Assembly: GCA_018433675.1 (NCBI GenBank) | Contig: JAHDQS010000006.1 | Coordinates: 2,425-66,424 of the forward strand | Origin: Clostridia bacterium | GTDB lineage: Bacteria > Bacillota > Peptococcia > DRI-13 > SM3-B62 | DNA length: 64,000 bases | Reading direction: 5' to 3' | In this document: positions 1 through 9,599 of the stretch, piece after piece | Layout of the letters: every line of letters starts with the position of its first letter | Numbering within the stretch: the first letter of the stretch is position 1 | Notes under the pieces: model-generated | Seen by the model: the letters and a program-made list of their open reading frames with translations, nothing else | Told to the model about the DNA's origin: nothing | Database searches by the model: none | Position numbers and translations under genes: made by a program

Positions 1-2510
1 TACCAAGGATCGAAGGTCACAGCGCCTACAACGGCATCACCGCTTCCTTCGGGATTAGACTCATGCGTCGGGCCACTGGCATCACCCCACCAGTTCTTTT
101 CGGCTCCAATCACAAAGTCATTTGTTGGAGTACCTTGTACCTTAACACCATTATTGCCATTTCCTTCAATGGCATTATTACTGACCGTAACATCTGATGC
201 CCTGTTATAAAGGACAACACCATGATACTCTCCGTCCAAATCTACAATTACCCCATCCTCACCGTTATTATAAATATTGTTGTCTTCAATTGTAAGTCCA
301 GCTATTACCGGACCGGAATAGATGCCATGCTTAGCATTGCCGTATATCTCATTATTACTAATAGTAAGATTTTCGGGGCCATATGCCGAAGTATCTCCTT
401 TATCACCGGAACCCCTCAACAACACGATACCATTGCCGTATTTAAGGTTTTTCGAGGTATCTCCGCACCCGTTATCATGGATAGTGTTATTTCTGATAAT
501 TAAATTCTTGAACCCTCCCGCTGTCTCAATGCCGGAACGATGAGAACCGAATATATCGTTGTACTCGATAACTGTCCCATCCATTGGGCTAGGTTCGGCT
601 GCACCATAAGAGTGATATGCGGACCACACGAAAACGTTGTTGCCATTACCTTCGGCTCCGAATATCTTATTGTAGGCAAAGGTGCTATTCTTAACACTTA
701 AAGCACTGTTGTATGGATCGTTGACAATATACAAGCCCATCCGTCCATGCGTACCGTCTTGCTCTCCTACCTTAGTAAACGGGCCGATGATATTGTTGAT
801 TACTTGTATGTTCTCAATAGAAGAGGTTGCTTTTCTTGTAGTAACCCTGACTAACGAGGACAGAGCGTTTCCGTTAGCGTTAAGTACCTGCACCACAAAC
901 CCATCAAAAGTAACATCACTAGTTCCATTAATGTCCATAACGCAATCACCGGAGGAACTCGGATCCGGATGCTGAATAACGCTCTCGCCCGATTGATCCC
1001 AGATTTCTGTCGAATTTACATTGTAACCTCTTTTATCTACGCCATGGGTTGCGCCCAATAATGTCAGCGGCTTAGTAATTGAAATTACCTCATTGTAGAG
1101 GCCTGCGGCCACTTTAATAGTGTCCCCGGCCGATGCCGCGTCGATTGCCGACTGGATTGAGGTATATGTAGTATGCTGCCCTTCGTGGTTGCCTACAAAT
1201 AACGTCTTGTTATTATATTTAAACTTTACAGCACCACTGTTATATATTCGCAATGTCGGCAACTCATCTTCAGGCTTAGTTGCATCGCCGCTTATTCCAT
1301 CAACATTGGGCTTTTGCATATCAAAGCCCGGCTCATTGAGACTTTCATCCGCTAATTCTGTATATGTAACCGGATTGTCCGTAAAAGTATTATCGGTTAC
1401 ATCCAATGTTTCTGATGAACTACCTGCATTCTTAATCAATATTTCCGAATACCAATTGTTATCAAAGATGTTTTTGGTCACCTTAACAGTTGAAAAGTCC
1501 GTATTATCGCCTTGAGAATAATAGACAATTCCCAATGTCCAGTTTTCGGATATCGTGTTTCCGCTTATCTCTGTACTGTTAACATTATTTGTTAGATTAA
1601 TTCCTGTTCTGTTATTGTAAACCGTGTTATTCTTGATAATATTTCCTTGGCAATCGTTTAGGTAAATGCCATTTCTATTGAGCGTGACAACACAATTCTC
1701 CAATGTATTTCTTGTAGTCGTAGGTTTAGAAAAAGTAACGCCATTGTTGTTGAAATTCCAATTTTGAAGTTCCGTATCCGTATATTCGTGGGTTAGCGTA
1801 AACCCACTCACTGTGGCACCATCTGTATTGAAACTCAACGGATATGAGTTCCCATCCGTGGCAACAATTTTTGTCTTATCGGCACCGTCAACACCAATAA
1901 TAGTCACCTTTTTATTAACAACTACATTTTCTCTATACACCCCGGCAGACACCTCGATGATATCACCGGGATCTGCATCATCTATAGCATCTTGAATAGA
2001 TTCACCTTCTCCTACCTCCAGAGTCGCCGGTCCGGTACGCAAAGCATAAGACATAGGCTTTTCTTTTAACCCATCTTCTACTTTTGGTTCCTCCTCAGTT
2101 GCGGGAAAAACTGCTGTGACAACTCCCGAATCCTCATCGTATATCGTTTCTGCTCCATCTACCGTGAAGAAATTGGCAGATACACCAGTCAATGTGAATC
2201 CTTCTTTAGGAGTAAGACTGATCGTTGCCGTATATACCGTTTCGGCAGCAAACACATCATCTTCCGGGTTCCAGGCAATTTCACCCGTGTACTGCTCTGT
2301 TTCGGTTATTTCTGTTACCGGAGTCTCACCTGTCACCGGGGCTTTTACCCCTTCAATTGCTGCAATACTGATTGTCTCAGCAGAGTCGTCTCCCTCTCCC
2401 GGAGCAATTACGGGTTCATCTTCTGCAAAAACCGATACGGGAATTATTATTGTGAACATCATGGCAAGCAATACCAGAATAGATAATAACTTTCTATGAT
2501 TACCCAACAT
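1..2510 (-). CDS. secreted right-handed parallel beta-helix repeat protein (3' end beyond window, at least 836 codons)
   Basis: Absent from the ORF track because it has no stop in the window. The reverse complement of 2508-2510 is ATG, preceded by GGAGG (2521-2525). The N-terminus MLGNHRKLLSILVLLAMMFTIIIPVSVFAEDEP reads as a signal peptide. The same frame at the window edge reads DFVIGAEKNWWGDASGPTHESNPEGSGDAVVGAVTFDPW, typical of NosD/pectate-lyase-like beta-helix domains. Plus-strand ORFs across 222-2499 are short and low-complexity shadow ORFs. Confidence 0.7.
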   Translation of the reverse strand, partial: MLGNHRKLLSILVLLAMMFTIIIPVSVFAEDEPVIAPGEGDDSAETISIAAIEGVKAPVTGETPVTEITETEQYTGEIAWNPEDDVFAAETVYTATISLTPKEGFTLTGVSANFFTVDGAETIYDEDSGVVTAVFPATEEEPKVEDGLKEKPMSYALRTGPATLEVGEGESIQDAIDDADPGDIIEVSAGVYRENVVVNKKVTIIGVDGADKTKIVATDGNSYPLSFNTDGATVSGFTLTHEYTDTELQNWNFNNNGVTFSKPTTTRNTLENCVVTLNRNGIYLNDCQGNIIKNNTVYNNRTGINLTNNVNSTEISGNTISENWTLGIVYYSQGDNTDFSTVKVTKNIFDNNWYSEILIKNAGSSSETLDVTDNTFTDNPVTYTELADESLNEPGFDMQKPNVDGISGDATKPEDELPTLRIYNSGAVKFKYNNKTLFVGNHEGQHTTYTSIQSAIDAASAGDTIKVAAGLYNEVISITKPLTLLGATHGVDKRGYNVNSTEIWDQSGESVIQHPDPSSSGDCVMDINGTSDVTFDGFVVQVLNANGNALSSLVRVTTRKATSSIENIQVINNIIGPFTKVGEQDGTHGRMGLYIVNDPYNSALSVKNSTFAYNKIFGAEGNGNNVFVWSAYHSYGAAEPSPMDGTVIEYNDIFGSHRSGIETAGGFKNLIIRNNTIHDNGCGDTSKNLKYGNGIVLLRGSGDKGDTSAYGPENLTISNNEIYGNAKHGIYSGPVIAGLTIEDNNIYNNGEDGVIVDLDGEYHGVVLYNRASDVTVSNNAIEGNGNNGVKVQGTPTNDFVIGAEKNWWGDASGPTHESNPEGSGDAVVGAVTFDPW

Positions 2511-2595
2511 TCTTAATTTCCTCCTTATACATAATATTCTCTTATTTAAAGTCCTGTCGCTCTCTTGTTGATATAAAGCTTGTCTAATAACACCT

Positions 2596-2702
2596 AAAAA
2601 AACAAAAAGCCGCATAAACACATAGTTTATACGACCGGTTGCACCACTGGCTCTGCGCAAATCAGGTGCCCAGATTTCCCTGCGCTTCATAGCTTTCGTA
2701 CA
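2596..2702 (-). promoter_or_regulatory. candidate c-di-GMP-II riboswitch with terminator expression platform
   Basis: The minus-strand RNA is UACGAAAGCUAUGAAGCGCAGGGAAAUCUGGGCACCUGAUUUGCGCAGAGCCAGUGGUGCAACCGGUCGUA. It contains UGGGCACNUGA and GUGCAACCGNNCG blocks, as I recall them from the crystallised Clostridium acetobutylicum class-II c-di-GMP aptamer. P1 would be UACGA/UCGUA. The aptamer is followed by the hairpin CGUAUAAAC-UAUGU-GUUUAUGCG plus GCUUUUUGUUUUUUU (2596-2633). Confidence 0.55.
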
Positions 2703-2707
2703 CAGTA

Positions 2708-2742
2708 ATTATAGCATATCCGGCTTTTAATAGTTAATAATT
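2708..2742 (-). promoter_or_regulatory. candidate sigma-A promoter for the riboswitch/beta-helix gene
   Basis: The minus strand reads TTAACT, an 18 nt spacer, then TATAAT (-10 at 2713-2708). The predicted start lies just upstream of the riboswitch P1 helix. Confidence 0.45.
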
Positions 2743-2863
2743 ATCTTTTATATTCATAATATTTAGTATGTATATTCTCTATTTACCATTCATTATTTAT
2801 ATTGCGAACTATACACACAAGCAAAGATTGCTGTCGGGTTCCTGGAGCTTTGTTATTTCCGCT

Positions 2864-2895
2864 AAAAAAAGGGGCTCGCTTCCCGGCGATAACCC
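2864..2895 (-). terminator. rho-independent terminator after the phosphodiester glycosidase gene
   Basis: Minus strand GGGGUUAUCGCCGGGAAGCGAGCCCC followed by UUUUUUU. Confidence 0.7.
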
Positions 2896-2915
2896 CATTT
2901 TAAGCCTTACTGCAT

Positions 2916-3959
2916 TTATGGTAATATCACAATATTCGTCACAACAGGACGTGCACTGCCATCCGAAGGCTTGTTTAATATCTCCTTATCATAAACAAAG
3001 GTACTGGAACCGCCGCCGTCAAGATTGTATGCCTCTTTAACCCCTAGTTCCACCAATTTATCAAGCAGTGCTTCCAAAGTAACGCCACTGCTCCAGTTTG
3101 ACTGGCGACCATCTACGACAATCATAATGAGGTCACCGTTTGCATATTCACCAATGATGGTACGCGGCTGTCTTGTCAACTTCCAATCCTCATGAATAGG
3201 TCTTACTATCCCGCCCTTGATCAAAATAGGGATGAAGCTCACGCCATGTATGGGATTAAGCCCCATCAGCTGATCTTTTTCAGAGAATATCCCGCCAATC
3301 AGACGCCCCTCTCTGTCTATTCCCGCAAAATGCAGATCCGGGGGATATGGATTGAACGGTCCCACCAGCTTCCCATTAATAATCAGATTCCCAATATGCT
3401 GAGCATAAGATTTGCCGTCCCGCATCTCAGAATAAAAGCCGCCTCCGTTAATAGCCAGTATAGCCCCGGTCCTCTCTGCTGCTGCAAGAGTCGTTTCCTT
3501 TTCACCAAGTGTATCCTTAGCTAATACCACCTTAAAAGCCGACGGATCGAAGAGCTTCACCTTGGCAATATAACCGCGATAGCCGATTTCCTTTAATTCG
3601 AAAACCTTAATCTCAACTCTCCGAGATTTATAGTCCTTAACAGGAGGCCCCAGCATCTTCAATATCCTGTCTTCATATATCTGTTCGGACAGGTTCTTTT
3701 GTTCTGAAACCTGAGTTGTCAGTTGATCTAATGTCTCGTGCTGTTCTCGGTAGCCTGACTCCTGAAACTGTGCCATGTTCGCTACAGCGGCAATTTCCTC
3801 CCCAAACAGTTTAAGCTCATTTTCAACCGTTTCAACACTTACCCTGACAGTTTCAACCGGCAGGACGACCGCCTGCATATCGCCGACAAACATAAAAACA
3901 GCAACTCCCAATCCGAGTAACGGTGCCAGCAAAAATACCATTAGCTTTTTAACTGACAT
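2916..3959 (-). CDS. phosphodiester glycosidase family protein (DUF2233/NAGPA-like), membrane-anchored
   Basis: 347 aa with an N-terminal TM segment. The AINGGGF and NLDGGGSS motifs are typical of this family. Confidence 0.7.
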   Translation of the reverse strand: MSVKKLMVFLLAPLLGLGVAVFMFVGDMQAVVLPVETVRVSVETVENELKLFGEEIAAVANMAQFQESGYREQHETLDQLTTQVSEQKNLSEQIYEDRILKMLGPPVKDYKSRRVEIKVFELKEIGYRGYIAKVKLFDPSAFKVVLAKDTLGEKETTLAAAERTGAILAINGGGFYSEMRDGKSYAQHIGNLIINGKLVGPFNPYPPDLHFAGIDREGRLIGGIFSEKDQLMGLNPIHGVSFIPILIKGGIVRPIHEDWKLTRQPRTIIGEYANGDLIMIVVDGRQSNWSSGVTLEALLDKLVELGVKEAYNLDGGGSSTFVYDKEILNKPSDGSARPVVTNIVILP

Positions 3960-4387
3960 TAGGGTGCCTCCTTCAGTACCTGCAGGCTCTTTTGCAGTTC
4001 CAGCAGTTGTGATTCCAGTTCAACTATCCTTCCGCTTAGTTCCCTCTGTATATCACCCGAACTGGAAAGTGTCTGACCTGTCATGTTCAAGCCGTTTTTT
4101 AACGCTTGTATATCAGAAGCAATTGCATCCAAACGATCGTTTACCGCTTTTATATTCATCGCATTCGTTTGCTGTATATTCTGCATAGACTGATCAATAT
4201 ATGTTTTGGCAACATAAAATCCTCCCGCAACAAGACCTAACCACAAAACAACACCCAACAGAATTCCCGCCCAGGCAGTTGTCTTTTTTCTTTTCCTACC
4301 TTGCAAATACTGAGAATCGCTTCCCCTTCTGATTTCCTCACTATTTTTTACTTCACTGCTCACGATATTACCCCCGCTCTTCGGCAT
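3959..4387 (-). CDS. hypothetical single-pass membrane protein with coiled-coil ectodomain
   Basis: 142 aa with one TM (WAGILLGVVLWLGLVAGGFYV) and a heptad-like C-terminus. Its stop abuts the start of the downstream gene. Confidence 0.5.
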   Translation of the reverse strand: MPKSGGNIVSSEVKNSEEIRRGSDSQYLQGRKRKKTTAWAGILLGVVLWLGLVAGGFYVAKTYIDQSMQNIQQTNAMNIKAVNDRLDAIASDIQALKNGLNMTGQTLSSSGDIQRELSGRIVELESQLLELQKSLQVLKEAP

Positions 4388-4406
4388 CCCGGTTTAACAT
4401 CACCGG

Positions 4407-4763
4407 CTAGAATGCCGCCTTGATCAATTCTATCGACTTAATTTTGTTATTATTGCCAATCAGCACACCAACCACGTCAAACCTACAGCTCTTGTTCCAT
4501 AAACCTTTATCCTTCAAATACGCGCTTGCCAGTCGTCTTAGTCTTTGCTGCTTTGCCCAATTGACCGTCTCCTGTGGGAACCCGAAACGTATTCCTTGTC
4601 TGCTGCGAACCTCAATAAATACCAAAGAACCTTGATCTTCGGCAACAATATCAATTTCCCCCAGGGATGACCTGTAGTTCCTTTCAAGGACAACATAACC
4701 CAGACTTTCTAGATACCTAACGGCTGCATTTTCAGCCCTGCGGCCTTTCTCCGTCTTTTTCAC
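4407..4763 (-). CDS. yraN: YraN family endonuclease (UPF0102)
   Basis: 118 aa. GEIDIVA...LVFIEVR...KQQRLRRLASAYL is the typical YraN pattern, and the gene sits in the conserved position next to rnhB. Confidence 0.8.
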   Translation of the reverse strand: MKKTEKGRRAENAAVRYLESLGYVVLERNYRSSLGEIDIVAEDQGSLVFIEVRSRQGIRFGFPQETVNWAKQQRLRRLASAYLKDKGLWNKSCRFDVVGVLIGNNNKIKSIELIKAAF

Positions 4764-4802
4764 GAAACCACCCCGTTTTACCCGGCACTAGACCCTCGTT
4801 CC

Positions 4803-5582
4803 TCATCCTATAAATTTCTGAATAAAACTCATCCTATGTACCGGACAGGGTCCGTGCTCTGTCAACGCTTTCATGTGCAAAAGTGTCCCATAGCCCTTAT
4901 GCTTGCGGAAATCGTACTGAGGATATATGGTATCCATCTCTTCCATTAAAAAATCACGATGTGTTTTAGCTATAATAGATGCTGCGGCAATCGACGCACA
5001 AACAGCATCACCATGAATTATTCCCTCTTGTCTAATATCTGTCTGTATATTCATGGCATCAATCAAGAGGTAATCAGGCTTAACGTTCATGTCTTCCACT
5101 GCTAGAAGCATAGCTTTTTCTGTAGCATTAAGAATATTTATACGATCAATCTCTTCGTTATCTACAAGCCCAACCCCCCAGGCCACCGCACAATCTTTAA
5201 TCTGCCCAGCCAGCTTTTCTCTCATCCCCGGCGACAACTTTTTTGAATCATTCAAACCAGTCAACTCCACACCGCAAGGCAACAGCACACATGCCGCCAC
5301 TACCGGACCCGCCAAAGGTCCTCGGCCCGCTTCGTCGATCCCGGCTACCTGTAGAAAACCTTTTTTTTGCAGAAGCCGCTCCTTTTCCCAAAGAACTGCC
5401 AAGCGATTGCTTTCCTCTTTTTCACGGAACAGCATCTTTTCGTAGCGCTCAACAAGGGTTTTTACACCTTTACGCTTGTCATACCTCAATTCTTCGAGGA
5501 TCTCATCCCTACCCTTTCCCGCTTCATACAACAACGATTGAAGCTCTGAAACACTCATTTTCTCTCTTTCTGCTTTATTCAT
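4803..5582 (-). CDS. rnhB: ribonuclease HII
   Basis: 259 aa. AGIDEAGRGPLAGPVVAA and DSKKL motifs are present, with synteny to ylqF. Confidence 0.9.
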   Translation of the reverse strand: MNKAEREKMSVSELQSLLYEAGKGRDEILEELRYDKRKGVKTLVERYEKMLFREKEESNRLAVLWEKERLLQKKGFLQVAGIDEAGRGPLAGPVVAACVLLPCGVELTGLNDSKKLSPGMREKLAGQIKDCAVAWGVGLVDNEEIDRINILNATEKAMLLAVEDMNVKPDYLLIDAMNIQTDIRQEGIIHGDAVCASIAAASIIAKTHRDFLMEEMDTIYPQYDFRKHKGYGTLLHMKALTEHGPCPVHRMSFIQKFIG

Positions 5583-6433
5583 ATACTTCTCCTTATGTCA
5601 TCCATAGTTACAGCTCCAAGCTTCCCGCTGCGAAACTCCTCCAGCAAAACCAAGGCACCCTTTTCTGTCTCAATTATACCGCCGGTCCTGACAAATCCGC
5701 GCCTTTTACTTATCCGAGTCATTATCTCCTCTACAGAAAGTTCCTCGTCAACACCATATCTCTGAAGTATTCTACCGGGTATATTAACGCATAGCCACTC
5801 AACCAACCACCTTGCTATGTCTTCGACATCTAGTGCCCTTTCTCCGACGGCACCGGTTACTGCCAACTTGTATCCGACTTCGGGATCCTCGATCTTTGGC
5901 CACAGAATACCCGGCATATCCAGTAATTCAACATCTCTGCCGATCTTGATCCACTGTTTACCTCTGGTAACGCCCGGTTTATTCCCTGTTTCTGCTGCTT
6001 TACTGCCTGCCAGGAAATTGATTAGCGTTGACTTTCCAACGTTTGGTATACCAACAACCATCGTCCTTACTACAGTTTTAATTATACCTTTTTTCTTCCT
6101 TTTTTCAATGACACCCTGAGCCTGTTCCCTGATACCCTGAAGGAGACGGTTTCTTGCAGAGCCCTTGCCATGCAAGGCATCAATCGGTATTGCCGAAAGA
6201 CCCACACCCTCAAAATGTTTTAGCCACTCTGCCGTTTTTTCCGGATCAGCTAAATCCTCTCTTGTTAACACCAATACCTTTGGCTTATTGATAATAATAT
6301 CGTCCAACAAGGGATTACGGCTGCTTACAGGAAGCCTCGCATCAGCCAATTCCAGCACTACATCCACCAGATTGATGTTTTCCGTGATAAGGCGTTTGGT
6401 TTTAGCCATATGCCCCGGAAACCATTGTACCAT
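5579..6433 (-). CDS. rbgA: ribosome biogenesis GTPase YlqF/RbgA
   Basis: 284 aa. The protein starts MVQWFPGHMAK and has circularly permuted GTPase motifs (NKPKVLVLTREDL, GIPNVGKST). Confidence 0.9.
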   Translation of the reverse strand: MVQWFPGHMAKTKRLITENINLVDVVLELADARLPVSSRNPLLDDIIINKPKVLVLTREDLADPEKTAEWLKHFEGVGLSAIPIDALHGKGSARNRLLQGIREQAQGVIEKRKKKGIIKTVVRTMVVGIPNVGKSTLINFLAGSKAAETGNKPGVTRGKQWIKIGRDVELLDMPGILWPKIEDPEVGYKLAVTGAVGERALDVEDIARWLVEWLCVNIPGRILQRYGVDEELSVEEIMTRISKRRGFVRTGGIIETEKGALVLLEEFRSGKLGAVTMDDIRRSI

Positions 6434-6499
6434 TTTACTCGCCTCCCAAAAGACAACACAGCTTACGCGAAATAATCGCCTTTTTGTTTATATTATATA

Positions 6500-6530
6500 G
6501 AAACAAAGGGACTGAATAATTCAGCCCCTT
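6500..6530 (-). terminator. hairpin/terminator after rplS
   Basis: Minus strand AAGGGGCUGAAUUAUUCAGUCCCUU followed by UGUUUC. The U tract is weak. Confidence 0.45.
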
Positions 6531-6555
6531 CAACCACCATCCGAAATTCAACTAT

Positions 6556-6900
6556 CTACTTTGCCCGCTCTTTGATTCTGGCAGCCTTACCCGAACGCTG
6601 ACGCAGATAATAAAGCTTGGCTCTTCTTACTCTGCCCAGACGTACGACTTCAATCTTCTCCAATCTGGGTGAATGTACGGGAAAACAGCGCTCAACTCCC
6701 ACACCATAGGAAACACGACGCACGGTGAAGGTCTCACTCAAACCGCTTCCTTTTCTTTTTATAACAACACCTTCAAATACCTGTACCCTTTCCCTGCTGC
6801 CCTCAACAACCTTAACGTGTACTTTCACGGTGTCACCGGGACGGAATTCAGGTATATCATCGCGAAGATGTTCTTTTTCCACAGCTTTGATAAAATCCAT
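6556..6900 (-). CDS. rplS: 50S ribosomal protein L19
   Basis: The track ORF is trimmed to the internal ATG at 6900 ([11 protein letters not shown]...), which is preceded by GGAGG. The sequence is a typical L19. Confidence 0.9.
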   Translation of the reverse strand: MDFIKAVEKEHLRDDIPEFRPGDTVKVHVKVVEGSRERVQVFEGVVIKRKGSGLSETFTVRRVSYGVGVERCFPVHSPRLEKIEVVRLGRVRRAKLYYLRQRSGKAARIKERAK

Positions 6901-7028
6901 AATATACAACCTCCTTCCCACATGAACGTTCATATCCCACCCTCAGGTCAGGACAGCGGACCATCCGTTCTCACAAGCGCAATGCGCAACCGTTTTGTAT
7001 TATATCATAACACTTTGCCAACAAGCAA
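6901..7028 (-). promoter_or_regulatory. rplS promoter plus structured leader (possible L19 autoregulatory leader)
   Basis: The minus strand reads TTGCTT (7028-7023), an 18 nt spacer, then TGATATAAT (-10 at 7004-6999). A GC-rich leader of about 95 nt follows, with paired segments GCGCAUUGCGC and GGAUGGUCCGCUGUCC. Firmicute rplS genes commonly carry an L19 leader at this position. Confidence 0.4.
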
Positions 7029-7029
7029 C

Positions 7030-7605
7030 TTATTTCCACCATTTTTCTCCCAAAAGCCTGTCTAAAATGATAGAAACGGCGCTCCTTACGGAAAGATGAT
7101 TGTATTCAGCCCCACCCTGGATCGGTTCCAGCACATAATCTGCCGTGGCAACAGTTTCTTCTGTCATTCCCCAGCCAGTTCCGAACAAAAGCAAATAGTT
7201 GCTGTTTGTCCCATTTTTTAACTGCTCACGCAAATAACTGTAAGATACACTCTTCGGTGACCTTTTCGCATCAGTCGCTACCGTATAAACCGGACCATGG
7301 TATTCCTCCTTGATCCCCTTAACCGCACTTTCAATGGAATTAGTCAACTTAATAAGACCCACGGCTTCTTTGCGGTCCGGGTTATAGGCGGCACCAAACC
7401 CCTCATGCCAATAATCGACTATCTCCTGTACAAGCTCGTGATGCGACTGTAAAGGATGAATAATATAATAACGATTTAAGCCATAGGTCGCCGCACAACG
7501 CGCTATATCGTGGATGTCAAGGTTTGTAACCGAAGTAGCTATAACATCCATGTTTTTGCTGTAAACAGGATGATGAACCAGACCTAAAAAAACGCGGTTT
7601 ATCAT
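7030..7605 (-). CDS. SAM-dependent RNA methyltransferase-like protein (TrmD-adjacent family)
   Basis: 191 aa. Its start forms an ATGA overlap with the trmD stop. The family is a conserved neighbour of trmD in Clostridia. Confidence 0.55.
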   Translation of the reverse strand: MINRVFLGLVHHPVYSKNMDVIATSVTNLDIHDIARCAATYGLNRYYIIHPLQSHHELVQEIVDYWHEGFGAAYNPDRKEAVGLIKLTNSIESAVKGIKEEYHGPVYTVATDAKRSPKSVSYSYLREQLKNGTNSNYLLLFGTGWGMTEETVATADYVLEPIQGGAEYNHLSVRSAVSIILDRLLGEKWWK

Positions 7606-8339
7606 TTTTCGGTTCTCTCCTCGTTCAGTATTTCAGCCAGCAATACTTCGTCCTCACGACACAATTTAGCTCTGTCCAACAAGTCCGGTCTGCGTAGCAA
7701 GGTACGCCGCAAAGACTCCTTACGCCGCCAGCGTCTTATCTTTTCGTGATTACCGGATAGCAAAACATCAGGAACAGCCATCCCGCGAAACTCACGGGGT
7801 CGGGTATACTGCGGATGCTCAAGCAGGCCGTCATAATGGGAATCAAAGCAAGCAGACTCTTCCTCTCCCAAAACACCGGGAATAAGGCGACTTACGGCAT
7901 CGATTACGACAACTGCCGGTATTTCCCCCCCCGTCAGTACATAATCACCGATTGACACCTCCTGATGGGCCAGCTTCCTAATCCTTTCGTCAAACCCTTC
8001 ATAATGCCCACAAATGATAGATAACCTTTCCTCCCCGGCCAGTTCCTTAGCCATCCCTTGTGAGAACTTCTCACCCTGGGGGGTCATCAAAAGCACCTTC
8101 CCATAATCTCCCTGCAAACGATCTTCGAAGGCGTAATAAACAGGTTCAGGCTTAATCACCATACCGGCACCACCGCCAAAGGGATAGTCATCTACGTTCT
8201 TATGCTTGGAAGGAGCATATAGCCTGTAATCTATCATTTGAATGCGAACAAGCCCTCTCTCCCTGGCCTTTTGCATAATACTCGTATTTAACGGCCCCTC
8301 AAACATCTCAGGAAATATCGTAAAAACAAAAATATCCAT
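7602..8339 (-). CDS. trmD: tRNA (guanine37-N1)-methyltransferase
   Basis: 245 aa. YPFGGGAGMV, GHYEGFDERI and SIGDYVLTGGE motifs are present. Confidence 0.9.
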   Translation of the reverse strand: MDIFVFTIFPEMFEGPLNTSIMQKARERGLVRIQMIDYRLYAPSKHKNVDDYPFGGGAGMVIKPEPVYYAFEDRLQGDYGKVLLMTPQGEKFSQGMAKELAGEERLSIICGHYEGFDERIRKLAHQEVSIGDYVLTGGEIPAVVVIDAVSRLIPGVLGEEESACFDSHYDGLLEHPQYTRPREFRGMAVPDVLLSGNHEKIRRWRRKESLRRTLLRRPDLLDRAKLCREDEVLLAEILNEERTEK

Positions 8340-8360
8340 AGTCCCTCCGCTTTAAAACAC

Positions 8361-8855
8361 TTAATCCAACAAGCCGGGCGGTAGCTTAACCTCGATTTTG
8401 CCCGCCTCGACATCAATGTTGCGCACGACTTCTTTAAGTGCCGGAAGATATATTTCCTTCCCTTTAGGGACTTTGACTACATAAACATCATTACTTCCCG
8501 TTTGTAAAATATCCGACACTTCCCCCAACAGCCTGTCATCCTCATAAACTCTCAAGCCGACTATTTGGAAATGGTAATAGTGCCCTTCCGGCAATTTCTT
8601 GAGTTCTTCAACCGGCAATTCCAAATATGATCCCTGTAATTCTTTGGCACTATCCATATCTTCTCTTCCCTGCAATAAAAGAAGCACATACCCCTGGTGC
8701 ATTCTGGCCTTTATGACATGATACTCATTATCAGCTATAAACACATGGTCCAAAGCAAAGAACCTGTCCGCATCATCAGTTAATGGTAGCACCTTCAGTT
8801 CACCTTTGTAACCGTGAGTATTAATAATCTTACCGATCTTTATGTAAAGTGGCAC
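8361..8855 (-). CDS. rimM: 16S rRNA processing protein RimM
   Basis: 164 aa with a GTG start after GGTAGGTG. GKIINTHGYKGELKV and the PRC barrel C-terminus are present. Confidence 0.9.
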   Translation of the reverse strand: MPLYIKIGKIINTHGYKGELKVLPLTDDADRFFALDHVFIADNEYHVIKARMHQGYVLLLLQGREDMDSAKELQGSYLELPVEELKKLPEGHYYHFQIVGLRVYEDDRLLGEVSDILQTGSNDVYVVKVPKGKEIYLPALKEVVRNIDVEAGKIEVKLPPGLLD

Positions 8856-8865
8856 CGTAACACAC

Positions 8866-9261
8866 CTACCTTATCTCAACGACAATACCGTCTTTCACAA
8901 CTATCTCCTTACTGTATAACTCTTTCCAGTCAGCACCAACACTAACCTCAATAGGACCTTCTACTTCCCCCTGTAAAACCTCTGAACCCTCTTCCAGTGC
9001 ATTTACCTGTTTGATTTGCTCTAACAGATTGCTTTTTGTCTCTTCTCTTTTCCTTCTTTCGTATTCCAACTGCTCCCGTACCGTGTTTACCTGAGGAGAA
9101 GCTTTAATAGTCAATTCCGTCACAGTCTTCTTTGTCCTTTGTTCGATAAAAGCAACTTCCGCTTCGATTTTTTTGATAGCTTCCTGCATCTCATTAACAA
9201 CCACATTTTTAAAATTTTCCGTAACTATTACCTTCACCTTGATTTTACGTTGAATAATCAT
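8866..9261 (-). CDS. ylqD: YlqD family protein
   Basis: 131 aa charged coiled-coil protein in the conserved slot between the KH protein and rimM. Confidence 0.6.
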   Translation of the reverse strand: MIIQRKIKVKVIVTENFKNVVVNEMQEAIKKIEAEVAFIEQRTKKTVTELTIKASPQVNTVREQLEYERRKREETKSNLLEQIKQVNALEEGSEVLQGEVEGPIEVSVGADWKELYSKEIVVKDGIVVEIR

Positions 9262-9341
9262 TCAATAGCCTCCAATATCAGAAAATACTTTTCCTTCTGT
9301 TTACCCAAACCAAGAAAAGAGGCCCAAGGCCCCTTCCCGGT

Positions 9342-9575
9342 TTACTCCAGTATATCCACTACCACTCTTTTGCCTGTTCCTTGGGACGCGGCAGCCTTAA
9401 CAACAGTACGAATAGCTCTGGCAATTCTTCCCTGCTTGCCGATTACCTTTCCCATATCTTCGGATGCAACACGCAACTCAATGATAATAGCATTACCTTC
9501 TTCCCGGCTGCCTACTTGTACGGCACCTGGGTTGTCGACAAGGGCTTGTGCCAGGACCTTCACCAATTCTACCAT
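9342..9575 (-). CDS. KH domain RNA-binding protein (YlqC/UPF0109)
   Basis: 77 aa with the GKVIGKQGRIARAIRTV KH motif. Confidence 0.85.
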   Translation of the reverse strand: MVELVKVLAQALVDNPGAVQVGSREEGNAIIIELRVASEDMGKVIGKQGRIARAIRTVVKAAASQGTGKRVVVDILE

Positions 9576-9599
9576 TTGTCCTTCCTCCTAACCTTACGG

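Noticed and set aside
222-2499. Several 60-130 aa plus-strand ORFs in the first 2.5 kb.
   Set aside because: They are low-complexity, Ser/Pro/Val-rich shadow ORFs antisense to a long open minus-strand frame. That frame has a signal peptide, an RBS and beta-helix repeats.
5243-5794. A 183-aa plus-strand ORF spanning the rnhB/ylqF junction.
   Set aside because: It is antisense to two strongly supported conserved genes and has no recognisable motifs.
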